From IMG/VR virus record IMGVR_UViG_3300030095_006218: DNA of 64,000 nucleotides; one strand, given 5' to 3'. The stretch comes from an uncultured virus (IMG/VR IMGVR_UViG_3300030095_006218). Taxonomy: Duplodnaviria; Heunggongvirae; Uroviricota; Caudoviricetes. The notes under the pieces are model-generated. The model ran no database searches and was not told the origin of the DNA. It was given only the letters and a program-made list of their open reading frames with translations. Of this stretch, positions 45,191 to 54,386 are shown in pieces. Both the position numbers and the translations under genes were made by a program. The first letter of the stretch is position 1; each line of letters starts with the position of its first letter.

Positions 45191-46311
45191 GCGCTTTTCT
45201 CTTCTTCTTCGCCATAAAAATCTGCGGCGTTGCCCTTTCGTTCATCAAATTTTCTGATTACTTCTTCTTCCATGATCTCGACCACCCTATCCTTGAATTC
45301 TGAGTTTGCCATAAATTCCATCCATCGTGAAGGTTGAAACTTCTTCTCTGAGCCATCTGCCATTTTAAGCGTATACCATGCTCCTGAAGAGTTTAGGTGC
45401 TCAGAACTTTTAATCGCATCAAACCAAGATTCTTCATCTTGGATGCCGATCTCTTCTCCCCACAAAATCTTGAAATTGCACTGCCTGCCTTGAGTGCCAA
45501 AACGGGATTTTTCTAGCTTAACTTTAACTTCAGATCCAACTCTAAATCCCTTGTCGTCTAAAACATAACTGGCTTTTGCTTTACGGCCTGTTAACCAGAC
45601 TCTGAGTGAATATGCGTAAATCATCGCCTTTCCGCCGGGTGTCATATAGGGCGTCGTCATAGCCTCACTCGGTGAGCGCGTAATGTTTGTCTTAAGCTGA
45701 TTGAGGACTAGAAAGGTCGACTGGCTATTTGCGATTGGTACAGTCAACTTCGACATGCCCTTAGCTAAAATTCTCGCTTTAACAGCCATCGAAGACAAGG
45801 GGTTGAAATCGCCTTCCACATCTGAAACCGATGGAGTTAGCGCCAAGGAATCCCAGATGAAAAGCATGCGATTATCATTAGAGCCTAACAGCTCTTCGAT
45901 CGTCTCCAAAACAAATTCCACCGAAGCCGCCTGAACATACAGTAGGTTATCTAGCTCACAGCCGGCTCGTTCAAGAAACGTTGGATCGATTGCTGATTCT
46001 GAATCAAAATAGATAACATCAATGCCCATCTTTTGTGCGTTTGCGGCAATTTGTGCTGCCATATAACTTTTACCGGTAGACTCCAGCCCTGCAATTTCAA
46101 CAACTTTGCCAACCGGGATGCCAGCGAGACTTCCGCGGCAGATAATTGAGTCAAGCCAACGCGAGCCGGTTGGAATCCAATCTTTGACCGCGGTGGGGTT
46201 GTCTTCTTTTAGACTGTGTGCGACCTTAATACCGGCCTTCTTATTAATTAAGTTTTTCATGTCTGCAATGCTGAGTTTTCCAGCACCAGAGCCTTTGCGA
46301 ATTTTTGCCAT
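45187..46311 (-). CDS. recA: RecA/UvsX recombinase
   Basis: IPTGS, EIAGLESTGKS, FDSE, WDSL, NQLK, TPGGKA, KSRF. Confidence 0.93.
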   Translation of the reverse strand: MAKIRKGSGAGKLSIADMKNLINKKAGIKVAHSLKEDNPTAVKDWIPTGSRWLDSIICRGSLAGIPVGKVVEIAGLESTGKSYMAAQIAANAQKMGIDVIYFDSESAIDPTFLERAGCELDNLLYVQAASVEFVLETIEELLGSNDNRMLFIWDSLALTPSVSDVEGDFNPLSSMAVKARILAKGMSKLTVPIANSQSTFLVLNQLKTNITRSPSEAMTTPYMTPGGKAMIYAYSLRVWLTGRKAKASYVLDDKGFRVGSEVKVKLEKSRFGTQGRQCNFKILWGEEIGIQDEESWFDAIKSSEHLNSSGAWYTLKMADGSEKKFQPSRWMEFMANSEFKDRVVEIMEEEVIRKFDERKGNAADFYGEEEEKSA

Positions 46312-46312
46312 T

Positions 46313-46792
46313 TTATAATCCTGTTTCGTCAAATTCTTCGTCTACAATCGGACCGTCTTCTGCATCATATGACACCAGCCAGCCAATTAGATTGTAGGGG
46401 TTAATCTTTTTATATTGTTGCGCAGACATTTTTATATTTGCGCGCATTTCTAAATGTAGTTTGGCTCTGTTTAGCGCCTTAACATCGTACTCAATCCACT
46501 TAAACTCGCGCCAGTTTCTCTCTATAACGTCAGCCATATACTCTGCGAATTCATAGTCGCCGCGATTATAGCCTTCCAGCAAGCCTGCGGCTCGCGCATC
46601 TTGCGAGGGCCCAATCGAAGTAAGTGCCGGATCTGCAGCCAGTATAGCCAATTCTTCTGCTATTCCACTGTCTCCAATTTCCATATCAAGCAATTCTTCA
46701 TCGAGATCGGAGCCAACTTCACATCGCTCAACCCATTTAAAGATTAAAGTAGTGCTATCGGGAAGTTGATCTAGTATTTGTTTAAATGTCAT
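46313..46792 (-). CDS. hypothetical protein
   Basis: Start re-placed at MTFKQIL (46792), downstream of the SSB stop and a hairpin. Confidence 0.65.
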   Translation of the reverse strand: MTFKQILDQLPDSTTLIFKWVERCEVGSDLDEELLDMEIGDSGIAEELAILAADPALTSIGPSQDARAAGLLEGYNRGDYEFAEYMADVIERNWREFKWIEYDVKALNRAKLHLEMRANIKMSAQQYKKINPYNLIGWLVSYDAEDGPIVDEEFDETGL

Positions 46793-46799
46793 TGTGTTG

Positions 46800-46834
46800 T
46801 TTAAAATGTGCGGCACCTGTTGACCCTGTGCCGC
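46800..46834 (-). terminator. hairpin, possible terminator or processing site after SSB
   Basis: GCGGCAC-N11-GTGCCGC followed by ACATTTT. Confidence 0.45.
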
Positions 46835-46859
46835 CCCGTGGGTGTGGTAGAAGGTCTCT

Positions 46860-47651
46860 CTACGCGCCGCTAGCGCCGAGCAGCTCTTCAAAAGCACGGT
46901 CGACGCTCGTTCCGGTATCAGCAGAAGTTTCTGTCTTGTTGTACTTTTCCTCTTCTGATGCCCCACTTTCAGCAGTTGCATCGGAGGATAGGTACTCGTC
47001 CAACATCGAACCTACACTCTCTGACGTTGGACACTCAAAAAGAGTATCAATATCAGGAATGTTCTCCAGCAGCTCCGCGGTCCACTCTTCTCCGCCAACT
47101 GATTCGTCGCCCAAGGGGGATGTGCGGCGTCGTGGCTGAAGCTTGGTTTGCGGGAATGACGCGCCGGCCGGCTTACCATAGTTAAGATTCAGGTCGGTGC
47201 CTTCATCTACATCTGTGATATCGCCATACTCCGGGTTTAGGACCAGATTAAGCAGTGTTTCGTATGCCATCTTACCATAACCCCAAATACGGGCTCCACG
47301 GTCTTCCTCGCCACGAACAACAATCGGGCTGAAAAACCGCTGGCGAGCGAACAGGCTCTTAGCCATTTTAAGGCTGTCCTTATCGTCATTTTGTGATCCT
47401 TCTCTCCACAAACTGGAAGCGAATTCACAAACTGGGCAGTCTTGGCCGTGATTCTTCTTAGGACATAAGAATCCGGCGTTTTTGCCCACATTGTAGTGGA
47501 ACCATAGTTCCTTGAACGGGTCTCCGTCCGAAGTCGGGAGGATTCGAATAGTTTGGTCACCATCATCTGGGCGCCAAGTAACGGAATTTCCCGATCCTTT
47601 GTTTTGTAGTTGATCGCGCTTTGCGCGCATCTTGTCTAGATTAATAGCCAT
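46860..47651 (-). CDS. single-stranded DNA-binding protein (T4 gp32-like)
   Basis: WRP...TIRILP, HY...CP...CPVCE Zn site, DITD...G.D, acidic C-terminus; AAGGAG RBS. Confidence 0.8.
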   Translation of the reverse strand: MAINLDKMRAKRDQLQNKGSGNSVTWRPDDGDQTIRILPTSDGDPFKELWFHYNVGKNAGFLCPKKNHGQDCPVCEFASSLWREGSQNDDKDSLKMAKSLFARQRFFSPIVVRGEEDRGARIWGYGKMAYETLLNLVLNPEYGDITDVDEGTDLNLNYGKPAGASFPQTKLQPRRRTSPLGDESVGGEEWTAELLENIPDIDTLFECPTSESVGSMLDEYLSSDATAESGASEEEKYNKTETSADTGTSVDRAFEELLGASGA

Positions 47652-47716
47652 TTTGCTTCTCCTTTTTTGCTAATTGCTATAGTCAGGATAACCAATATCT
47701 CATCCTGCTAATATTA

Positions 47717-47745
47717 AATATATCATTGTTGAGCTTAAATGTCAA
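47717..47745 (-). promoter_or_regulatory. sigma70-type promoter for SSB
   Basis: TTGACA, 17 bp, TATATT with extended TG. Confidence 0.75.
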
Positions 47746-47760
47746 GCTCTTTTTGTTAAT

Positions 47761-48594
47761 TTATTCACTTTCCTGTATAAAGTGCGTGTGGGCCACACAA
47801 TAACAATAGTTGTCTTCATAACTGGTTGCGTAAATTCTGTAAGACACTTTTAGCCCTTGTTCTCTTTTTTGTTTAATCTCTTTGGTAATCTTCTTGTACA
47901 GGGTGCCGTCTGTTTTTAGCTGTTCTTCATTTATAGCATAATAATACACCTTTTCTGTCATATTGTTAAGAGGAAAAAACAACATTTCTTTGTTTTTTTC
48001 CATATTGACAACCCCCAGTGTTGAAAGGCGCGCTATTTCATTCGGCTCCGAATTCTCGCCCATGACCGGCTTAGAATTGTCGAACACATTAAGCATGTGT
48101 ATGGTGCTGACGATCAGCTCATTTAGCTTATCATAATATCCTATAACTGGCACGTCTCCGTATATTGACTCCAATGAAGGGTTGTGAGATATCCACATCC
48201 TCTTGAACAACCCAGATCTGGTGTATTCTTGCAATATTCCAAAAGCGGCGCGTTCCTGAAGTTGTGCCATGCCACCCAACAAGCTAACATCTGGCTTAAT
48301 ATAAAGTATGTTAATATCGCAGTGTTTAATTTGCTCTAATATAGCTAGCGTGCAGCCGCTAATTTTGCCAGAACCGCTAAGGATGAATAATACCTCCCCT
48401 TTAACGTTCCTAAAAAACCTTTTAAGATCCGGCACAGATTCTTCGTACTTTTCAGGGGTATCCTGTGGTTCAAGAGACATGCATTGTTGGCCCTTTATAT
48501 CGGTGTCGATCTTATATATTGAATATTGCGGATGGCGCGCAAAACAGTCAGCCAGATTACAGCCGGCCTCTCCCAGCCCTATGATTGTTTCCAT
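47761..48594 (-). CDS. divergent tubulin/FtsZ-family GTPase (PhuZ/TubZ-like)
   Basis: IIGLGEAGCNLA (T1), IDTD, SGSGKISG at the signature-loop position, N...ELI. Confidence 0.7.
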   Translation of the reverse strand: METIIGLGEAGCNLADCFARHPQYSIYKIDTDIKGQQCMSLEPQDTPEKYEESVPDLKRFFRNVKGEVLFILSGSGKISGCTLAILEQIKHCDINILYIKPDVSLLGGMAQLQERAAFGILQEYTRSGLFKRMWISHNPSLESIYGDVPVIGYYDKLNELIVSTIHMLNVFDNSKPVMGENSEPNEIARLSTLGVVNMEKNKEMLFFPLNNMTEKVYYYAINEEQLKTDGTLYKKITKEIKQKREQGLKVSYRIYATSYEDNYCYCVAHTHFIQESE

Positions 48595-49781
48595 TGAAGC
48601 TCCTTCATATCGCCAAAGTTTTTACCTGCGCTGATATTTGTCATAAACTCACCCAATTCTGTTCTTCGAAACGCCTTAACAATATCTGAAAGAGCGTCCC
48701 GATCTTCATCTGCCAAATCAATAACAAGACTATCGTGTATTGTAAATGCTAAAAATGATTTTCTATTTTCCAACAATTTCATAACCCTCAATGCCGCGCG
48801 TAAAAACAAATCACTAGTTGAACTTTGAATAAGATAGTTTAACGCGTGCCTCTTATCAGCATCAATGGATCTGTTGAAAGGTGTTTTTACGCAATTACCA
48901 TTCCAATAATCTGCGAGAATCTTGCTTCTATTGTACGTACGTTCTGGCAAATGATCTCTAGAATCGGGATTGTACAACCATGCAAAAATTCTCTTTTTTG
49001 CCTCTTCTCTAGTTATTAGATTATTATATACATTCTTCACATTCCACATGTGAATATCTTGAGCCGGCTGCTTTTGACCGGATAGGGCTAGCAGTGTGCG
49101 CAATTCAGCCGCGTTGTAGTCTAACTCTATAAGCCAGTCATTGGTAGGTCTTATAATACTTCTGTAATTCTTATCCATAGTTAAAATTGGAAAACTACTC
49201 TTACGGGTCGTCAAGCGGCCGGTTTTAGTGCCAAATATGTTATAATCGCAATAAGGCTGAATATGCTTTAAATTTTTAATGAAGTTGCGCACCTTTGTTT
49301 TAGCCATCATCTCCCTAAGTGCTTCTGGTTGTATATTTAATTTATTGTATCTAATTTGATATACCATTTTGGAAAGATCTTTTAAAAACTCATAGTTTTC
49401 TGGCTTGGGGTAATTATCAAACACATGTTGAGTAATTTGATTTTTCAAATCGCAATACTCCAGTAAAAACTGTTGCGGCACAAGATCGAAAAAGCAATTT
49501 TCATTTAGATCTACTTTTGCCTCTACAAATGAGCGTAAAAAAGATTTGAGCCGGCTGTTAGTTGAAAGCCACGACTCTCTAAGTTCTTTTGGGCAAACAT
49601 CATCAATGGGGCGGCCACCACAATAAAGTTCTGCATAATTAACGTCAGTATCCCGCAAAAATTCTGAGTAGTTCCACGTTCGACTCAACTCGGTCGGCAA
49701 GCTATCGCGCAAGAGTTTGCCATCAAAATATACGCCAACACACTCTTTTTTGTTATCCAATGCCTGAAACAGCATTAACAC
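48579..49781 (-). CDS. short family-A DNA polymerase (polymerase domain only)
   Basis: TKTGRLT, LDYNAAELR (A), REEAKKRIFAWLY (B), NYLIQS, TIHDSL (C). Confidence 0.85.
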   Translation of the reverse strand: MLMLFQALDNKKECVGVYFDGKLLRDSLPTELSRTWNYSEFLRDTDVNYAELYCGGRPIDDVCPKELRESWLSTNSRLKSFLRSFVEAKVDLNENCFFDLVPQQFLLEYCDLKNQITQHVFDNYPKPENYEFLKDLSKMVYQIRYNKLNIQPEALREMMAKTKVRNFIKNLKHIQPYCDYNIFGTKTGRLTTRKSSFPILTMDKNYRSIIRPTNDWLIELDYNAAELRTLLALSGQKQPAQDIHMWNVKNVYNNLITREEAKKRIFAWLYNPDSRDHLPERTYNRSKILADYWNGNCVKTPFNRSIDADKRHALNYLIQSSTSDLFLRAALRVMKLLENRKSFLAFTIHDSLVIDLADEDRDALSDIVKAFRRTELGEFMTNISAGKNFGDMKELQWKQS

Positions 49782-49787
49782 CCCTTT

Positions 49788-51014
49788 TTACTGACTTGTC
49801 GGAATAGAATACTTGCTCGTCAGCCTTGTAAATGAACCGTGCTGATTATAATATCCGCGTAGTCTAGTATTAATATAACTCATTGCGGCGAGAATGTCAA
49901 CCTCTTCTAGAATACTTTTTGCATTTCGCATAATTTTTGAAAATTCTGCAGGCCCAACTCTACCTCTTTTCTCATTATACCTTATTAGTCCATACATGTT
50001 TAACCAAAATTTATCACTATACTTGGTATTGATTTCATCAGCAGTCATTCGGTTTCTTCTTACAATCTTTTGTTTTGCGCCGCGGACACACGGTTTCACT
50101 TCGCTTAAAATCGGCCTCTGGGCGACCAGCCTGTTCCAATATCCCATGGTTATCCGCTTTAATATGGCAATTTCTCCAATCGCAGCTGATCGATACTGCC
50201 TCTGAAAAACTTCTCTGGCAGAATTTAAGCCGTATTTCATCATATAAGGCATCATTCCGGGGGATGCCAAATCTGCCACTAGTCTAAATGGCGAGTTTTT
50301 ATCCACACTGAATCCGTGTTTGCGTGCAGCATTTTTATAAAACTCAAAATTTTCACTATCGAAAAAATCATCAAACTTCCTCTGATCTTTTGAGTGATCC
50401 AAGGTGCCAACTTCTATTGTTATACCATTAACAGCTATTGGGCACATTTTACTTACTACATACTCTGATTTGGTAAATGGCCTTGATTCGGTGACCTCAA
50501 AAACCCAATTTAAAAATACTTTTATGAAGTCATCAAAGTTTCTTATATTTACATCTTGATTATCTTCCCCCATGACAAAATCATTCATAAATTCTTTAAA
50601 TAACTCAGATTCTATATATTTGTTATATTTTTGATCTATATCTACAAAAGCTTTTCTAGGCTTAAGTTTAGCCAACCACAAATCATTTTCGAATAATTGA
50701 CCATTCCGGCAACCAAGTTCAAACTCTGTTATCATATTGTCAAAAGCATCAGCGACAAAATTCATTGCTACGTGAGTGTCTGTACCTCTCGATTTTTGAG
50801 CAAATGGTTTTAGGTACTTCTTATCGGGCACCACAGGACTCTCTTCAATGTCAACTCGGCCATAAAACAAATCCTCTGCAAATTCGAAATCTATGACGGG
50901 CTCGCCGGCGGTTACATTCAGCCTTTCATCTGCCTTAGCGCGGAATTTCACCCTTTCGGTGTACAATTCTTTTGACGAGTCTAATCCGTTTTTTCCTCTA
51001 AAAAATTTAGTCAC
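49788..51014 (-). CDS. hypothetical protein
   Basis: 408-aa ORF at the end of the tail module. Confidence 0.75.
   Translation of the reverse strand: MTKFFRGKNGLDSSKELYTERVKFRAKADERLNVTAGEPVIDFEFAEDLFYGRVDIEESPVVPDKKYLKPFAQKSRGTDTHVAMNFVADAFDNMITEFELGCRNGQLFENDLWLAKLKPRKAFVDIDQKYNKYIESELFKEFMNDFVMGEDNQDVNIRNFDDFIKVFLNWVFEVTESRPFTKSEYVVSKMCPIAVNGITIEVGTLDHSKDQRKFDDFFDSENFEFYKNAARKHGFSVDKNSPFRLVADLASPGMMPYMMKYGLNSAREVFQRQYRSAAIGEIAILKRITMGYWNRLVAQRPILSEVKPCVRGAKQKIVRRNRMTADEINTKYSDKFWLNMYGLIRYNEKRGRVGPAEFSKIMRNAKSILEEVDILAAMSYINTRLRGYYNQHGSFTRLTSKYSIPTSQ
49872..49900 (-). promoter_or_regulatory. internal sigma70-type promoter upstream of the polA-like gene
   Basis: TTGACA, 17 bp, TATATT inside the 3' end of the upstream CDS. 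Confidence 0.6.
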
Positions 51015-51017
51015 CGC

Positions 51018-54008
51018 TTATGCACCTCCCCACGATGCTTCGCCCATTGCGTCGTTCTTGGCTTCATTGTCAGCCTTTGTCTTTGCCTCGGCCTCTTTTT
51101 GCGAAGCCTCTTGAAGTGCCTTTAACTCTTCAGCGTCAGCCGAACCATCTTGTGGATCAAAGATATCAATACCAGAAGTCAAGTCTTCGCAAGATTCTCC
51201 GACTCCAATAGCGCTATTGTCCTTAATTGAACCGCCCTCGGATTTTCCACCAGAAAACTGCCATTGAGCGGTGACACTAGTTTCGTACTTACCTCTGGAA
51301 ATTGAGCTATTAACTCGTAGTACCATGTGATATCCTCCAAGGCCTAAATTGCGCGCGATGGAGTTGCTTTCGGTAGGATTGCCTATGTGTAATCCGGAAG
51401 GATCTACATATATCATCATACCGGGATAAAATAATCCATTTCCAATCATTTTAATATCTGCATTGTAAACATTACCAATCATGGACAAATTTTTGTCAGT
51501 CTGATTTTGGCCAAAATAGCGAAATTCACGTACTGCGGAGTCAACCTTGTTAAATTTTATTGATTTTACCAACCCATATTGGCGCCCTATGGAAACATGA
51601 TGAATTCCGCGAAATGTATCTGTGAGATCACCCTGAAGATTTGGTACGTACCCATGAGTGCGCGCATATAACAGTACGTGTTGAATTGTGTCTTTTGTCG
51701 CTGTATATGCAGTTGGGGGATATATTAGAACATTTTCTTTGCGGTTTCCAGCGAGTTTTAATCTTAAATTTGTGTCGACCCGATATTTGGTGGGAAGCCT
51801 GTTTGTGCCGTTAACTTGCATCAAGTGAAAGCGAACCTTCTGACGTGTTCGATCCTCAAAGCAGCCACCGCCCAAAAGATTCTGCATCAGTTTAGATGCT
51901 AAGTCTCGAATAAAATACAAGAAATAATAGCTTTCTTTTTTCTGTGCAACTACGTTGTTCATCATCCATTCTACAAAATAATCTACAGCAATAGGCATGT
52001 CGGCTATATTATAGTAATGTGCCTTACCTTTACGATATATTTTTATTGTTCCCAAGGAAAGGTGAAGATTTTTTAACGCATCTTTAGCATCTCCCTCTAA
52101 GCTGCTTCCAGTACCATTGGTAAGGGCGTCAATGCACACATTTATCAAATCTCCTAAGAAAAAATAATATATTCTTATTTTGTCTGATGGTTTGACAAAA
52201 TCGTCCTCGGCCACTTTGTTCGGCAACGGCGATTCCCATTTATCGCCATTTTTGCTTTTGCCGGGCTTTTTCTTGGCCTTTTTACTCGGAGGCACAGCTT
52301 CAGAATTAGCAGAGAAATTTTTAAAATCATTAATTGCCACATCCATATAATATATTCTGGAGTCTGTGCCATCTTTTTTTACTTTTAACTTTTTAGCATT
52401 ATGTGGACCTTCTTCTAGTCTTCTCAAAATCTCTTGATGAGATTTTATAGCAATTCCTTGTCGCTTTTGAATAATCTTTTTATTTGCCGCGTCTATAGCT
52501 TCCGCGTCACACACGTTAGACACTGCTGTGGCTAAAGTTTTTAACTGATCTAATTGGTCGCGGACGCCGGGCGCAAGAGAGAATATATCTGTGTCTGGTG
52601 TGGCAAGGGCACTCTCCATATAGGCAATATAACTTATGGCCAATTCCATGGTGCCATCTTCGTTCACTTTGAATTCATGATCGGTCAAAGTCAGCATCAT
52701 TGTTGTTTGAGAACCTTCGATAGCAGTTTTCCATTGATCTGGCATATCTTGCAAATACTGCTTGTCTTTGGGAAATGCCCATCCGCAGACGGCTTTTATT
52801 TGATAATATCTAGGATTATAATGCCTCTTATTACCAGTACGGCCCGGGCCATATCCGTTAGGAGCACTAGCATGGCCGGCTGTGTGTGAAATTAAATCTA
52901 AATATGAATAGGTATAGGGTCCAGAATCAGTCTGGACAGTTCTGGCTCTCGTAATATCTTGAAAATCTTGGAAATACAAAACCAACTTAGCCTTGACATC
53001 TTTTCTGGATGTATACTGGGATTGTCCTTCAAATTGCCATGAAAAGTTTTTGACTCCGACGCCTCGTCCGCGAGCTTGACCGCTTTTGAGCATAGCGTCA
53101 ATATTGTTAGGGTTGACGTGATTCGCAAATTTCATTTCTATATCAACTGGAGGCTTGTTGCCAGACGGGCCATGATAGACTTTGAAAAGTCTCACCATCG
53201 GCACTAAGCGCGAAAATACACTAGTCGGAATATCATCGATACTCGCAGCGCCCGGCCGGAGCATAAATTTATTAGGTATTTCGGATGGTTCACCACGCAA
53301 CATTGTAAATCGGCCCGGGTATTTACGTGATTTGCCGGGTTTTTCGATTTTATGCCATTTTTGAACAATTTCGTCTAATTTGGCAAACAGAAAACATTGA
53401 TATAGCGCATCTAACTTTTCTGGTTCCAAAGGTTTAGTAAACCCTTGCTCCTTCATTGCATCCAACATGGATCTTAGGCTGGCCTCTCTCGCGCGATTGA
53501 GTTGCTGAGCATTTTGTGTATCGCGGACAGGATCGGCAATCCCGCCTGTAGATGTGCCGAGCGGCGTTTTGCCGCGGCCAACTCCAGTGGTCCTAAACGG
53601 TGCGGTGCTGGGATCGCCCTCTTCCCTAGCCATTTCCTCACACGCTTTGGGGTTTGATAGGCACCAGTCCCTCTGAGATTGTTGTCTGCTAAGTATAAAA
53701 TCCTCGTTTGACTTGTTTACCGCTGCGATTCCGGGTTTTATTTCTTCATCCCAATTTACAGGAGTGTCAGCGCGATAATTTGAGTTATAGTTTTCCCATG
53801 CTTCATCTGCAGCGGCATCAAACTTATTTTTAAGACCTTGTGCTTCTGAGGCTGTGGGGCCTCGGGCTTCGGTATAAATACGTTCCGGCTCTGTCTGCAA
53901 AAGCTTGTCTTCTCCGATATAACCGCCAGTGCCTCCTTCGTCCGCGGGACGATTCATCATAGCGATCCATCTATTTTTATATTCGTCTTCTTCTAACCTA
54001 TCTGACAT
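51018..54008 (-). CDS. putative baseplate hub protein (gp27/gpD-like C-terminus)
   Basis: C-terminal IKMIGNGLFYPGMMIYV...GGYHMVLRVNSSI...YETSV pattern; position in the tail module. Confidence 0.6.
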   Translation of the reverse strand: MSDRLEEDEYKNRWIAMMNRPADEGGTGGYIGEDKLLQTEPERIYTEARGPTASEAQGLKNKFDAAADEAWENYNSNYRADTPVNWDEEIKPGIAAVNKSNEDFILSRQQSQRDWCLSNPKACEEMAREEGDPSTAPFRTTGVGRGKTPLGTSTGGIADPVRDTQNAQQLNRAREASLRSMLDAMKEQGFTKPLEPEKLDALYQCFLFAKLDEIVQKWHKIEKPGKSRKYPGRFTMLRGEPSEIPNKFMLRPGAASIDDIPTSVFSRLVPMVRLFKVYHGPSGNKPPVDIEMKFANHVNPNNIDAMLKSGQARGRGVGVKNFSWQFEGQSQYTSRKDVKAKLVLYFQDFQDITRARTVQTDSGPYTYSYLDLISHTAGHASAPNGYGPGRTGNKRHYNPRYYQIKAVCGWAFPKDKQYLQDMPDQWKTAIEGSQTTMMLTLTDHEFKVNEDGTMELAISYIAYMESALATPDTDIFSLAPGVRDQLDQLKTLATAVSNVCDAEAIDAANKKIIQKRQGIAIKSHQEILRRLEEGPHNAKKLKVKKDGTDSRIYYMDVAINDFKNFSANSEAVPPSKKAKKKPGKSKNGDKWESPLPNKVAEDDFVKPSDKIRIYYFFLGDLINVCIDALTNGTGSSLEGDAKDALKNLHLSLGTIKIYRKGKAHYYNIADMPIAVDYFVEWMMNNVVAQKKESYYFLYFIRDLASKLMQNLLGGGCFEDRTRQKVRFHLMQVNGTNRLPTKYRVDTNLRLKLAGNRKENVLIYPPTAYTATKDTIQHVLLYARTHGYVPNLQGDLTDTFRGIHHVSIGRQYGLVKSIKFNKVDSAVREFRYFGQNQTDKNLSMIGNVYNADIKMIGNGLFYPGMMIYVDPSGLHIGNPTESNSIARNLGLGGYHMVLRVNSSISRGKYETSVTAQWQFSGGKSEGGSIKDNSAIGVGESCEDLTSGIDIFDPQDGSADAEELKALQEASQKEAEAKTKADNEAKNDAMGEASWGGA

Positions 54009-54017
54009 TGTAAATTA

Positions 54018-54359
54018 TTATCCTCTTAAAACTCTCAGCGCCTGCTCTACAGAAAGTGGTATTTCTATACTACTGCCATATTTTACATGCGCCTCTGTGG
54101 GTGTAAAGTTGTACCATGCGATCACCCACCAATAGGTCGGATCGCCATAGTGCTCTGAAGCTAATTTTTGAAAACTTGTCCCTCTTTTCCAAATAACAAA
54201 AGTCGAATTTATAACTGCGCGCATGGCAGCAGTTGGCTGTGTCATGAAGGGTGTTCCATACTGTTGTATAGAATTGACTTCTCGCCCTTCGAGCCATTCT
54301 TGGTAATCTTCTAACGTATTAGTAAAAATTGTCCTGTTGTCATATCTGTTTCTAGCCAC
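54018..54359 (-). CDS. LysM-like baseplate protein (gp53/tail-X-like)
   Basis: LASEHYGDPTYWWVIAWYN...GSSIEIP. Confidence 0.75.
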   Translation of the reverse strand: MARNRYDNRTIFTNTLEDYQEWLEGREVNSIQQYGTPFMTQPTAAMRAVINSTFVIWKRGTSFQKLASEHYGDPTYWWVIAWYNFTPTEAHVKYGSSIEIPLSVEQALRVLRG

Positions 54360-54386
54360 TATCTTATACTCCTTTTATTGTTATTT

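Noticed and set aside
28335..46311. Inteins or introns in dnaE, nrdJ, dnaB or recA
   Set aside because: The ORFs are continuous and of ordinary length, with no evident intein splice motifs or homing endonuclease inserts.
46793..46981. N-terminal extension of ORF 46313..46981
   Set aside because: It overlaps the SSB gene and the following hairpin; ATG 46792 is the more plausible start.
47678..47710. Imperfect hairpin in the SSB 5' UTR as a riboswitch or autoregulatory element
   Set aside because: It is only a short stem with no recognisable family features. It could be regulatory but cannot be supported from sequence alone.
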